Of a stretch of 64,000 nt of DNA, positions 20,620 through 30,926 are shown one piece after another. The translations under genes were made by a program, and so were the position numbers. Position 1 is the first letter of the stretch. Every line of letters begins with the position of its first letter. The DNA comes from Terriglobia bacterium (GTDB lineage: Bacteria > Acidobacteriota > Terriglobia > 20CM-2-55-15). The notes beneath the pieces are model-generated. The model was not told where the DNA came from, did no database searches, and saw only the letters and a list, made by a program, of their open reading frames with translations. The DNA is taken from the NCBI GenBank assembly GCA_965198225.1, contig CBDAOY010000006.1, forward strand, positions 576,001-640,000. The letters are read 5' to 3'.

Positions 20620-20669
20620 TGTAGGTGCGCTCTATGAGCGCACACGGGCGGTCATAGACCGCCCCTACA
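20620..20669. repeat. GTAG-type REP doublet (REPIN-like)
   Basis: tGTAGgtgcgctc-tat-gagcgcac and inverted partner tGTAGgggcggtc-tat-gaccgccc, each a hairpin preceded by GTAG. Confidence 0.8.
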
Positions 20670-20766
20670 GAAGAAGCGACGAAAACTGAAGAAATACTAT
20701 GGGAGGCCGGAGTTGAACGCAATAGAACGGTCACATGCCGGGCGATGGTAAGGACCCGCCCAGTAC

Positions 20767-22092
20767 CTAATCATCAAACAATCCCGATGTTGCGAGCTGT
20801 CTGGCTATCCGCAGCATCTCGTTCCTCTTCCCTTCCTCCGTATGAGTTCCGAACCACGCGACGACAACGTCGTTGGAGGGGGAAATATACAGGCCTTGAC
20901 CGCCGGACCCGCCTTTGTAGAAATCACCGTCAGACGTGACGATATCCCACTGGAAAGAGTTGTGGCGGAAGGAATCGTCTCCGAGTTGCGCTTGCCGCCG
21001 ACGCCGGCCTTCCGCAGAGGTCAGTTGGGGTCGTCCCCCGTTTTGAATCTTGTCTAGGTAGGCATCGGACACGGCCGGGGCGCTTCCTCCACGACCCGAA
21101 GGAGTGAACAACATCCCATAACGGGCCAGGTCGCGCAGGTTGGTGCTGACGCCGCCCGCTGACATGGCGTCGCCGTTTGGAGTGGTCGCGATGAGAGCGT
21201 CGGACTCCGCGCCGGTTCTCTGCCAGATCTCCCGTTCGACGAAGTCCGAGAACCGCTCCCCTGAAACGGTTTCGACAAGCCGATTGAGGACCTCCGTATT
21301 GACCGACGTGTAATCGAATACCTCGCCGGCCGGTCGGAGTGTTCCCATCTTCCGGACCGTTTCCATGGGATCGTCCTGCACGCGCGCAGCCATCGGCCAA
21401 CCGAAAGCATCGTAGAACCCCCAGAAACACGAATCGGCATCTTCGTGCACTTCAGGGCAATCGATACCCGACGCCATGTCCAGGATGTCGATAACGCGGA
21501 TGCCTTCCCAGGCTGTTCCGCTGAGCATCTCGAGGTAGGTATCGATGGGCTTGCCGACGTCGATTCGGCCGCGGTCTTCAAGGATCGCCAGGGCGGTTGA
21601 GACAAATGTCTTCGAAACCGAAAACCAGATGTGCTTATCGTTCGGACGCATGCGGGGGTAGTCTTCGAAGACGATCCTCCCTTCGTGAACAACGATGGCA
21701 CCGTCCACGGGGGAGTTTCTCACATACTCCGCGAGCTTCTTTTCGCCCTCCTCGCCCCCCGCCACGAAGTCAGCAATTGCCTCCTGATGGTCCACCCGGA
21801 GCTCTCTGGTTCGACCCTTTCGATTCAGAACGATGTGACCCCAGAACTCGGACATGTTCAGAAAAACGTAGCGGGTAAAATCCCCGCCCTGAGTCCAGGC
21901 GGTAAAGGGATAATCGAACAGTTTGTGGAATTTCTTCGCTTCTTCGAGCGTGAAGGACTGGTAGTCCGAGCCTTCGCAAGAACTCATGCCGGCACGGGCC
22001 GGGGCTTTCTGTCGTTCCGTACCGGAGCGCTCTGCTGCTGTAACAAGTGACGACGCCAGTAAAAGCAGAGTGAAAGTGATCGTGTATTTCAT
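20767..22092 (-). CDS. Secreted serine hydrolase, NylB/beta-lactamase-like
   Basis: Signal peptide, FSVSK (SxxK), LDMASG, FDYTS, LRDLARYG. Confidence 0.9.
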   Translation of the reverse strand: MKYTITFTLLLLASSLVTAAERSGTERQKAPARAGMSSCEGSDYQSFTLEEAKKFHKLFDYPFTAWTQGGDFTRYVFLNMSEFWGHIVLNRKGRTRELRVDHQEAIADFVAGGEEGEKKLAEYVRNSPVDGAIVVHEGRIVFEDYPRMRPNDKHIWFSVSKTFVSTALAILEDRGRIDVGKPIDTYLEMLSGTAWEGIRVIDILDMASGIDCPEVHEDADSCFWGFYDAFGWPMAARVQDDPMETVRKMGTLRPAGEVFDYTSVNTEVLNRLVETVSGERFSDFVEREIWQRTGAESDALIATTPNGDAMSAGGVSTNLRDLARYGMLFTPSGRGGSAPAVSDAYLDKIQNGGRPQLTSAEGRRRRQAQLGDDSFRHNSFQWDIVTSDGDFYKGGSGGQGLYISPSNDVVVAWFGTHTEEGKRNEMLRIARQLATSGLFDD

Positions 22093-22235
22093 GACTTAAT
22101 AACTCCCAGAAATCGTCTTAGCGTGAACCCATCTCTGCCCGTCCTGGGGCGAGAGTCATAGGTCGCGAAAACCTGTCCCTCTGTGTGATCCGACGCCCTT
22201 CTGCTGAAGGATCAGGGAAGCTCGAATCGCAAGGA

Positions 22236-22608
22236 TCAAGGAACCCGCACCCGTTCCTTGAGTTCTTCAAACCAATTCTGCACCACGAGCAATTGCCTCG
22301 GCGCAGATTCTTCCTCCGTTTGCTCGGCTCGCTTCATCATCAGGAACAGGCCGTCAGGGGAAATGTCATAGTCTGGACCGTCGGCGACCGGTCTGGAATA
22401 GAACCGGTCCGGGAATAAGACCTCGGGGCTCCCTGGCGTGAAGGGGCTCGGTCTCGGTGCGGACCACCATCATCGCCTGCCCGCTGCGGTAGAACAGCTC
22501 TCGTCCCTGCGGTCCCCAGACGGGCGCTCCTCCCCCATCGCTTGAGATCGGCCACTTTCTTTCCTCCACATTGGTGAAAGGCCGAACGTAGACTTCAAAC
22601 CGGCCCGT
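22236..22608 (-). pseudogene. C-terminal remnant of a kinase-beta-propeller gene
   Basis: GRFEVYVRPF...SSDGGGAPVW..GRELFYR, then after a frameshift YDISPDG.FLM...VVQNWFEELKERVRVP*; no N-terminus; break at CTAG 22609-22612. Confidence 0.8.
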
Positions 22609-22708
22609 CTAGTCCTTGGACTTCCCGGGCCGGGCGATCCGGCGCAAGCGCGAGCGGTCTCGGCCAGGATTCTTCGTTCCTCGGCTACCGTCGTTTCGAC
22701 CCCCGGAA

Positions 22709-25249
22709 TCATCCGGATTGGTCGGAATCCAGCACGGCCCTGACCTCGCGGGCCAGCGATTCCGGCGTGAAGGGTTTCGGTATGAAAGGAACGTCGGGAT
22801 TCTGCTCACCCGCCTTGAATCCCTGGTCGTCATGGGCCGACATGAAGAGGCACTTCATTGCCGGGCGTCCGGCTCGGACCCTCCGGGCCAGCTCCGGACC
22901 CCTCATTTCAGGCATGACGATGTCGGTGAGAATCAGGTCTACCCGAGGCACCGAAGAGGCGGCCCGGAGAGCCTCGCGGCCATCCGCCGCCTCGATCACG
23001 CTGTATCCCTCCCGCTTCAGAATCTGAGCGATCAGGCCCCGGACGAACTCGTCGTCTTCGGCGACGAGAATCGTCTCGCCAGCCGATGCCGGGGCAGAGT
23101 CCACGGGATGGCGGGCCGGCTCCGGCTCGATCTCGTGATCGGTCGGGGGGAAATGCACGGACACGGTCGTGCCCCGGCCTGGCTCGCTGTCGATGGCGAC
23201 CCAGCCGCCGCTCTGTCGGACGATGCCGTGCACCGTGGACAAACCCAGACCCGTACCCGCTCCAGGCCCCTTCGTGGTGAAGAACGGTTCGAACGCCCTG
23301 GCCCTGGCCTCTTCGTCCATGCCGGTCCCGGTGTCGCGGACGGAAAGGCGAACGTAGGGACCGGGCGCCGCTCCCGAATCGCCGGCCCCCTCTACTCCCG
23401 GCTCGGTGTTCGCGGTCTCGATGGTGACCCGACCCCCTTCAGGCATGGCGTCCCGTGCGTTCACCACCAGATTCATCAATACCTGGTCCAGCTGGTTGCG
23501 GTCGGTTCGCACCCTGAGCACATCCGGCTCCAGGTCGGTCGTCAAACGCACGTCTTCTCCGATGAGCCGTTCGAGCATTCCGACCTGCTCAGTGACGACC
23601 GAGTTCAGATCCATCGCCACGGGGCGTAGGCGTTGTCGGCGGCTGAAGGCCAGCAACTGCCCCGTGAGTTCCGCGGCTCGGTTCGCCGCCTTCTCGATCC
23701 CGACGATTTCCGGCGCCGAATGCCCGACATGTCTGCGCAGGAGATCGACGTAACCGATGATCACCGTGAGCAGGTTGTTGAAGTCGTGGGCCACGCCTCC
23801 GGCCAGCCGGCCGATCGATTCCATCTTCTGAGCCTGCTGGAGCTCCTCCTCCAGGGCGTGACGCTCGGTGACGTCGATCCAGTAACCCACGATCTGGACC
23901 GATCCGCCGTCCGCCCCCCGAACGAGTTGGACCGAGTCGTTCATCAACCGGTATTCGCCGTCCCGTCGGCGGAAGCGATACTGATAGTTTCGCGCTCCGG
24001 TCTCGAACAGCTTCGCCCGCTCATCGAGCACGAGCACCACGTCCTCGGGATGGATCTTCTCCATCCAGAAATCGGGATGGTCGAGAAAGTCGTCAGGCTC
24101 GTAGCCGAGGTGGTCCTTGACGTTCTCGCTCATGAACGTCGTTGTCGCGTCGTCGCCGTAGCCCTCGACCGTGTAGATCATGGCGGGGCTGGACTGGACG
24201 AGCCGATGGTACAGGTCCACGGCCTTCTGCAACTCCCTCTCCGACTGACGCTGCGACGTGATGTCGGTCGCGGCGATGATCGTCCTGGAGTAGTCCGGGT
24301 TCCCCTCCGACACCGGCACAGCCCAGCGGGCGAAGAGTTCGATGTCGCGACCTGCGACCGTGCGGGCCCCGATCTCGTCCTCGAAACTCGTCGCACCCTG
24401 CCAGATCGCCTCGACGAGACTTCTCATCATCTGCCGCAGCCGATCTTCTCTGGGTCGAGGAAACCCGTTCTCCAGACTCTGCCTCGTCGGCGCCTCGAAG
24501 AGCCGCATGCAGGCCTCGTTGAAGGCGACCTGGCGGATCGTCGACACGACCTCCCTCCACTCTTGCGGTCGCTCGTCGATGTACTCGAGGATCCGGCTCA
24601 CACCTTCCGCCCGCAGTTTCTCGATCCAGCGCGCCACGCCCGAGTAATCGGATTCCCACATCGCCACAGGCGCGTGCTCGAAGAGTTCCCGGTACCGGGC
24701 CTGGCTGGCTCCCAGCGATGCTTCCACCACCTTCAGTTCGGTAACGTCCACGGCGGCCAGAAGGACCTCGGAGAGGTCGGGGCGACCGTCAACTTCGGTT
24801 ATCTGGATGGAGAAAACGACAGGGACCGAACGCCCTTTGAGAGTGAGAGCGTCGCCGTGAGACTCAAACCGCACCCGCCCTTCCCACAGGTTCTCGAGAA
24901 ACTCGAGCGTGCGACGGGGGTTGCTCCCGGCCGGTTGCGCCGGGAAGTTCCGGATAAACTCTTCCTCATTCCTGGCCTCGAAGAGCCCCAGCGCGGCCGC
25001 ATTGGCGCGGATGGGCCGGGCCTTCCCGCGGAGGGACCGCATTGCATCCGGATTTTCCTTAATGTAGGCGGCGAGATCGCGGACACCTCTCCGACGCAAT
25101 GCATCCATCCAGTCTCCGACGGCACTGAAGTCCGTCTTCCAGATCGCAACCGGAGCTTGATCGAACACCCGCCCATACTGCTCTGCACCGGCAGAAGGCA
25201 CACCTCGGGACGAGCCGTGCTGACCGGGTAACCGTTCGGATTTACTCAC
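22709..25249 (-). CDS. PAS-domain hybrid sensor histidine kinase with receiver domain
   Basis: GRLAGGVAHDFNNLL (H box), NLVVNARDAM, DTGTGM, FEPFFTTK, GTGLGL; receiver ILVAED..LTDIVMP..KPF. Confidence 0.95.
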   Translation of the reverse strand: MSKSERLPGQHGSSRGVPSAGAEQYGRVFDQAPVAIWKTDFSAVGDWMDALRRRGVRDLAAYIKENPDAMRSLRGKARPIRANAAALGLFEARNEEEFIRNFPAQPAGSNPRRTLEFLENLWEGRVRFESHGDALTLKGRSVPVVFSIQITEVDGRPDLSEVLLAAVDVTELKVVEASLGASQARYRELFEHAPVAMWESDYSGVARWIEKLRAEGVSRILEYIDERPQEWREVVSTIRQVAFNEACMRLFEAPTRQSLENGFPRPREDRLRQMMRSLVEAIWQGATSFEDEIGARTVAGRDIELFARWAVPVSEGNPDYSRTIIAATDITSQRQSERELQKAVDLYHRLVQSSPAMIYTVEGYGDDATTTFMSENVKDHLGYEPDDFLDHPDFWMEKIHPEDVVLVLDERAKLFETGARNYQYRFRRRDGEYRLMNDSVQLVRGADGGSVQIVGYWIDVTERHALEEELQQAQKMESIGRLAGGVAHDFNNLLTVIIGYVDLLRRHVGHSAPEIVGIEKAANRAAELTGQLLAFSRRQRLRPVAMDLNSVVTEQVGMLERLIGEDVRLTTDLEPDVLRVRTDRNQLDQVLMNLVVNARDAMPEGGRVTIETANTEPGVEGAGDSGAAPGPYVRLSVRDTGTGMDEEARARAFEPFFTTKGPGAGTGLGLSTVHGIVRQSGGWVAIDSEPGRGTTVSVHFPPTDHEIEPEPARHPVDSAPASAGETILVAEDDEFVRGLIAQILKREGYSVIEAADGREALRAASSVPRVDLILTDIVMPEMRGPELARRVRAGRPAMKCLFMSAHDDQGFKAGEQNPDVPFIPKPFTPESLAREVRAVLDSDQSG

Positions 25250-25774
25250 GATTCGGCAACCTTCCCTTCACGCCATTCTAAGTCCTCTCGGGCCGCTGCG
25301 TCACGATCAGGAGCCGATCCGCGAGGTGTCGTCTCAGGTTCGAGTGAAACGGCCCGACGCCTGCCCGGGATCTCCGCCAAGCTTCCAGGACTCTCGACGG
25401 CCATGATTATCTTGTGGTTGTCCACCCTGGGAACCGACGCCACCACGATTCTAACGCGAATCGTTGCGCGCTGGAGGCGGAGGCTGCCATGCAAACAAAG
25501 AGACGCCGAGCGGCGTCGGAAGCAGTTCCGGAAGCGTAAGGTGGCTGTTTCAACAGAGGCGAGCGTGAACAGTGTCTCTAATGAAAGCCCGCCAGCGTAG
25601 GGTCGTTTGCGTGTCGAACACATGCGTCCATCAAATCCGCAGCTTGAGACCGCTCTCGACGTAGCTGTCATCGTTGCCGCACAGGCCACGATCCCGCTCG
25701 TCATCCTTCAGGAGCGGGAATTAGACGAATCATTCAGCCACGGCAGACGGATGCCCTACAGCACTGCCCTTTTA

Positions 25775-25828
25775 CCTTGGCGGCCGTCCCGGGAATCCGC
25801 ATATAATCCGCTGGCGTGACTCTGAAAG
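25775..25828 (+). promoter_or_regulatory. Promoter-like block duplicated upstream of both S9 peptidases
   Basis: TTGGCG-N19-TATAAT within a 54-bp block differing at about 5 positions from 38591-38644. Confidence 0.6.
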
Positions 25829-25894
25829 CCCGGACTCCATCACAATCGCTTGGCGTTTCTTTGTCTCAACAGGTTCAAAGCGAAGGAGCTACTG

Positions 25895-28138
25895 ATGAAC
25901 TGCCGACGTACTTTCCTACTGCTTTTCGTATTGACCGTGCTCTCTGCCCGGTCGGGCGCCCAGCAGATGCGCCCCATCAGCCCGGAGATCGCCCTCGACG
26001 TGCGGACCGCGCGGATCGCGGCGGTCGCCGACGACGGCAGCCGCGTTGCCGCAACGGTGCAAACGCGGCGCGAGCGCACCGACGTGGACCACCGGCGCTA
26101 CGGCGATCCGACGTACATCTCGCCGGTCTCGACCCGATTGATGGTCATCGACACTCGTTCAGGTGATCAGACCTGGTTGCACGAGGAGCCGGCGAGGATC
26201 CGAGGATTCGCCTGGTCGCCGGACGGCATGCGCCTCGGCTACTTCATGGTGGAAAACGACCGCTACACACTGCGCATCTTCGATGCGGCTTCGGGAAATA
26301 CGACAGCCGTCGCGGTGAACACCGACAAGGAAATCGCGTCGTCGTCGTTGCTGGAGTGGTCGCCCGACGGCGCCACGGTCCTCCTCGGTCTGCGCCCCGA
26401 TGGATGGGCGGATGAGGCACGCCGGGCGTTTGTCGCCCTCACCGAGGCCGCGGTAATCGTGCAGGACTCGCGCAACGACTTCCTGGCCTGGGACCGCGTC
26501 CGCAACATCGCCGACCAGCAGGTCACGGCGCTGGTGTCCGTGGCCGACGGCACGGTGCGCGAAATCCTGAGTGATCGAACGCGGGGCGTGGGCTTCTCGG
26601 AGGACGGTGTCTACATCACCTACTCCACGGCGACCCGCACCAAGACGTCGTACACGCGCCGCGACGGCACCGACTACGAGATTCTCATGCTCGCCCTGGA
26701 CGGTGGCGAGCCGGCGTCGTTCCTTGGCCCGGGTGAAGAGCGCATCAACGCGTCGTGGACGGAGACGCGGGATGCCTTCGCCTACAGCGAAGACGGCTCC
26801 GTCTTCGTGCGGCACCTCGGCGAAGAAGAAGCGGTGGACGTCACGGCGGCGCATCGCGCCCCCAAGGAAGACGATGAGGCCGGCACGGCGGAGGTAGAGC
26901 CGGAGCCGGATCGCGAGGATCTGGAACCCGAGTTCTCTGTCAACCGCTGGAACTTCGCGGGCACCCAGCTCCTGCTCACCACCGAGAAGGGCTGGCATCT
27001 CCTCGATCTCGCGACCGACACGGTTCGGGACCTGCTCGTGCTGGAAGAAGACGAGGACGCCCGCCCCCGTCGCAGTGTGCAGGCGTGGAGCGAAGACGGG
27101 CGCTACCTCTTCTTCAGCTACTCGGCGCACGATCATTGGGAGCGCGGCTTGAAGCGCCTCGACGTCGAATCCGGCGAAATCGACGCGCTGTTGCTCGATC
27201 GGAACCGCTACGGCTCGTGGAACATCTCCGATGACGGCAACACGATCGTCTACACGATGTCCGACGGTGACCGCCCCGACGAGATCTGGGTCACCGGTCA
27301 CGACTACGCAGCGCCGAAGGCACTGACTTCTTCGAATCCCGACCTCGCGGACGTCGCGCTTGCCCGAACCGAGCTCGTCGACTACCTCGACGTCGACGGC
27401 AACACGCTCTACGGCATCCTCTATTACCCGGCCGATTACGAAGAGGGCCGTACCTACCCGCTGGTGGCTGAGATCTACGAAGAGTTCTTCGACAACGGCT
27501 ACAACGAAAACATGAACCTGATCACGGCCCAGGGATGGTTCGGCTTCCGGCCGTCGGTGCACTTCGAAGAGGGCTACCCCGGCGAGGCGTGGCTCAAGGC
27601 GGTTCCCAGCGCCATCAATAAGCTCATCGAGCGCGGCCTCGTGAACGAAGACAAGGTCGGCGTATACGGACAGAGCTACGGCGGCTACGCCACGAATTTA
27701 CTCATCACCCAAACCGACCGCTTCGCCGCCGCGGCGAACGTGTCGGGGAAGGTGAACATGGTCTCGTTTCTCGGTGACTCGCCGAAGATCACGACGCGCA
27801 ACTACGCAGCGGCCGAGGTCGGCCAGGACCGCATCGGCGCGACGTTGTGGGAGCAGCCGCAAAAGTACATCGAACACTCCGCGGTGATGTTCGCCGACAG
27901 GATCGAAACGCCCCTGCTCATGCTCTCGGGTGAAGGCGACTGGAACGTTCCGGCCACCAACCAGCGGGAGATGTACTACGCGCTGCGCCGCCTAGGGAAA
28001 GAGGTGGTATGGGTGCACTACACCAGCGGCGGGCACGGCGCCGGTCGCGCCAGCACCTCCGAGGACTTCGTCGATCACTGGCAACGCATGTTCGACTGGT
28101 TCGCCGAGCATTTCACAGCCGACGAGGGTGAGTCCTAG
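25895..28138 (+). CDS. S9 family (prolyl oligopeptidase-like) secreted peptidase
   Basis: Signal peptide, beta-propeller region, GQSYGG nucleophile motif, GEGDWNV (Asp) and GGHG (His). Confidence 0.92.
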   Translation: MNCRRTFLLLFVLTVLSARSGAQQMRPISPEIALDVRTARIAAVADDGSRVAATVQTRRERTDVDHRRYGDPTYISPVSTRLMVIDTRSGDQTWLHEEPARIRGFAWSPDGMRLGYFMVENDRYTLRIFDAASGNTTAVAVNTDKEIASSSLLEWSPDGATVLLGLRPDGWADEARRAFVALTEAAVIVQDSRNDFLAWDRVRNIADQQVTALVSVADGTVREILSDRTRGVGFSEDGVYITYSTATRTKTSYTRRDGTDYEILMLALDGGEPASFLGPGEERINASWTETRDAFAYSEDGSVFVRHLGEEEAVDVTAAHRAPKEDDEAGTAEVEPEPDREDLEPEFSVNRWNFAGTQLLLTTEKGWHLLDLATDTVRDLLVLEEDEDARPRRSVQAWSEDGRYLFFSYSAHDHWERGLKRLDVESGEIDALLLDRNRYGSWNISDDGNTIVYTMSDGDRPDEIWVTGHDYAAPKALTSSNPDLADVALARTELVDYLDVDGNTLYGILYYPADYEEGRTYPLVAEIYEEFFDNGYNENMNLITAQGWFGFRPSVHFEEGYPGEAWLKAVPSAINKLIERGLVNEDKVGVYGQSYGGYATNLLITQTDRFAAAANVSGKVNMVSFLGDSPKITTRNYAAAEVGQDRIGATLWEQPQKYIEHSAVMFADRIETPLLMLSGEGDWNVPATNQREMYYALRRLGKEVVWVHYTSGGHGAGRASTSEDFVDHWQRMFDWFAEHFTADEGES

Positions 28139-28428
28139 TGACCTGTTACAGGTCAAGTGGCCTGTAACAATGCTATCGGTACCATCGCCGATGGGTCTTG
28201 CGGGCGAGGTCGAGGAGGGAGACGGAAAGCGATGCTCTTTCATCGGTGACGGCTTCCGACAAAGAGATCGCCCGCAACCCCCATCGGCCCGAAGGGTTCG
28301 GCGGAACGGCGCCGTCTTCGTTGTCGTAACGCCCTCGCAATGAAACAGCATTGGCTCGGGCGTCACTCCTAGAATCCGACGCCGTTCCGCCGAACGCTGG
28401 TACCGATAGCACTGTTACAGGTCACTAG
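28135..28428. mobile_element. Non-coding MITE-like element with ~30-bp terminal inverted repeats and CTAG flanks
   Basis: 28155-28184 versus reverse complement of 28398-28427 match at 27/30; two internal inverted-repeat pairs; partial second copy at 62032-62113. Confidence 0.85.
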
Positions 28429-28519
28429 AACCAGCCCACGCGACACCCGCCAACGTCGAGGAGGCGCTGGCTCGGCGTCCAGGCGCGAACAGAGCCTGCT
28501 TCACCTGAGCGTAGTGGTC

Positions 28520-28912
28520 ATGAATCAAATCTTTCGGTTCTCCAGTGCGGTCAAGCGGGATGCAGCCATCGATGCCTGGATGAAAGAGCATTCGGGTGAC
28601 TTGGGGGCTATCGCGCGGCATTGGTTTGACGTCATGCGCGAGCGTGGAGACGATGTTCGAGAACTATTGCATGACGGCCATCCGACCGCGTGCGTAGCGG
28701 ACGCAGCATTCGCCTACGTCAACGCGTTCACGGCCCACGTCAATGTGGGGTTTTTCCGTGGCGCCGAGCTTGCGGATCCGGGGCAGCTGCTGGAAGGCAC
28801 CGGCAAGTACATGCGCCATGTGAAGCTCAGGCCCGAAAGCGACGTCGACGCTACGGCGCTAATCAAGCTAATCGATGCTGCATACACTGAGATGAAGGGG
28901 CGCCTCGACTAG
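28520..28912 (+). CDS. DUF1801 (YdhG-like) protein
   Basis: AHVNVGFFRGAELADP..LLEGTGKYMRHVKL. Confidence 0.9.
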   Translation: MNQIFRFSSAVKRDAAIDAWMKEHSGDLGAIARHWFDVMRERGDDVRELLHDGHPTACVADAAFAYVNAFTAHVNVGFFRGAELADPGQLLEGTGKYMRHVKLRPESDVDATALIKLIDAAYTEMKGRLD

Positions 28913-28971
28913 GAAGAGTGAAACGCTTGCAGCGGTCGCCATAGGCGTGGAATCCACAGACGCCGAACCCG

Positions 28972-29001
28972 GTCTGGATCGTCGTCACCGACGATCCAGA
29001 C
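28972..29001. terminator. Perfect 13-bp hairpin between convergent genes
   Basis: gtctggatcgtcg-tcac-cgacgatccagac; no clear U-tract. Confidence 0.5.
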
Positions 29002-29084
29002 ACGAGTAACGGGGCCCAATTCAGGGGCAGAGGACGCCCCAGGCGGGTGAGGCGATCAGAGTCGGCTCATCGCAGCGCGGGCCG

Positions 29085-30560
29085 TCAGGGCTTCTGCCAG
29101 CGCTGCCGCGGCGCCAGACGGCCGCTCCCCGCCTCGCTCAGGATCTGCCCGTTCTCGTAAACCACCTCGCCGCGGCGGATCGTGACGGTCGGCCAGCCGG
29201 TCACCTCCCGCCCGTCGAAGATCGAGAACCTCCCGTTCGACAGGATATCCTCGTCCCGGATGGTGCGGGTGAGGTCGGGATCCCAGATCACGACGTCGGC
29301 ATCGGATCCTACCGCGATCGTGCCCTTCTGAGGATAGAGACCGAACATCTTGGCCGGACTGGCCGAAGACAGCTCCACCATCTTCTCGAGCGTGATCCGC
29401 CCCTTGCGCACGCCTTCGGAGTAGAGCAGAGGCATCTGGTCCTGGAGGTAGTTAGCGGCGTTGCGGGACCGGAAGATGGAGTTCTCCGGGTCCATCTTCT
29501 CGGCGCGCGTGTAGCCGACGTGGTCGGTGTTCACCGTGTCGACGCTCCCGCGGGTAATCGCGCCCCAGAGGTAGTCCTGGTCGGTCTTGTCGCGCAGCGG
29601 GGGGGCGCCCGTGTAGATCTGGCCGTCGGGCTGGTTGAAGCGGTCCCGGGTCAGGTGCAGGTAGATGAACCGGACCTCCGTGAACACCGGCAGCCCGCGC
29701 GAACGGGCCTCCTCGGCGACGCGCATCGCGCGCTCCGACGACATGTGGACCAGGTAGATCGGGGCACCGGTCGCCTCGCTGATGCCGACCGCGCGCCGGG
29801 TGGCGACCTCCTCGGCGACCACGGGCCCGGCCTCGGCGAAGTTCTGACCCTCGAGGGAGGTCCGCCCTTCGGCCCGCATTCGCTCCCGCGTCGTTGAGAT
29901 GATCGCGGAGTCTTCGGCGTGCAACATCGTGAGCACGCCCGCGGCGCCCGCCGCGCGGATCAGGTCGACGTTGCCCGCAGCGTTCTCGTCGAACGCCGGC
30001 CGCACCATGAAGATCTTGAGGGTCACCTGCCGTTCGAGCAGGGTCGCCACGTCGGCCGGAGAGAGAGTCGTCGGATCGCTTGCCGTGTAGTGGAGAATCA
30101 CGTCGGCCATCGCCTGCCGCCGCGCGACCTCCATGGCCTCCCCCAGCGTGGTTTCCGCGCTGACGCCGGGCTCCTGGCTGATGAAGTTACCGATGGTTGT
30201 CACGCCGCCCGCGAAGGCCGACCGCGACGCCGACGTGTAGTCGTCGGCTCCCTGGGGGGTTTCAGGGTTCCGAACCGGCCTCAGGTGCACGTGCGGATCG
30301 ATGCCGCCAGGAAGGACCATCTTCCCGGCCGCGTCGATCACCCGGGCGCCGTCCGCTGGGGTCAAGTCCGGCCCGATCTCCGCGATCGTGCCGTTGCGGA
30401 TGCGCACGTCGCCCGGCGTGCGTCCCTCGGCGGTCACGATCAGCCCGTTGCTGATGAGGAGCTCTGCCGGCTGCTGAGCCACCGCGTTGCCGGCGAACAC
30501 CAGCGCGAGACACACGATCCAACCCGCCACCTTCGGCTGCCACCGCTTCGTCATTTCCAT
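29085..30560 (-). CDS. Dihydropyrimidinase/hydantoinase-like metal-dependent amidohydrolase with signal peptide
   Basis: PGGIDPHVH, GGVTT, LKIFM, MLHAE, LVHMS, NTDH, KGTIAVGSDADVVIWDP. Confidence 0.88.
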   Translation of the reverse strand: MEMTKRWQPKVAGWIVCLALVFAGNAVAQQPAELLISNGLIVTAEGRTPGDVRIRNGTIAEIGPDLTPADGARVIDAAGKMVLPGGIDPHVHLRPVRNPETPQGADDYTSASRSAFAGGVTTIGNFISQEPGVSAETTLGEAMEVARRQAMADVILHYTASDPTTLSPADVATLLERQVTLKIFMVRPAFDENAAGNVDLIRAAGAAGVLTMLHAEDSAIISTTRERMRAEGRTSLEGQNFAEAGPVVAEEVATRRAVGISEATGAPIYLVHMSSERAMRVAEEARSRGLPVFTEVRFIYLHLTRDRFNQPDGQIYTGAPPLRDKTDQDYLWGAITRGSVDTVNTDHVGYTRAEKMDPENSIFRSRNAANYLQDQMPLLYSEGVRKGRITLEKMVELSSASPAKMFGLYPQKGTIAVGSDADVVIWDPDLTRTIRDEDILSNGRFSIFDGREVTGWPTVTIRRGEVVYENGQILSEAGSGRLAPRQRWQKP

Positions 30561-30926
30561 CGTTCTCTCCCCCGAGCAGACGCTCGTGATGCGTACCGTA
30601 AGGTCAGAGAGCCGAGGGCGGCCCACCGTCCTGTCCTGCCGAAGGAGCATAGACGAAATAGGAGTCCCTTCCCAGATAGAAATTCCCCACTGACGGCCGC
30701 GCCCCGGAGGAAGGTCCGACCTCGTCTGAAAGCTCGAAAAGGGCGGGCCTTGTTAAGAAAGCCAGATGTCCTCCTTTTGGTAAGGACAGGTGTCCGTGGC
30801 TAATCTCTTGCTTTCCGTGCCGACCAGCAACTTCTTGCAGATTCGTCACCCGCTATGGCTGAATTAGCCATGTCCGCCGGAAAGAACGTCCGTCTGGTGC
30901 CGGATAACAAGATGAGGAAAACTAAA

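Noticed and set aside
23633-25231. Long antisense ORFs (for example 23633..25231, 26159..27562, 52949..54028, 62974..63984)
   Set aside because: Shadow frames of well-supported genes in GC-rich DNA with no recognisable motifs.
25250-25770. Short ORFs between the histidine kinase and the S9 peptidase
   Set aside because: No recognisable motif or RBS; possibly decayed DNA.
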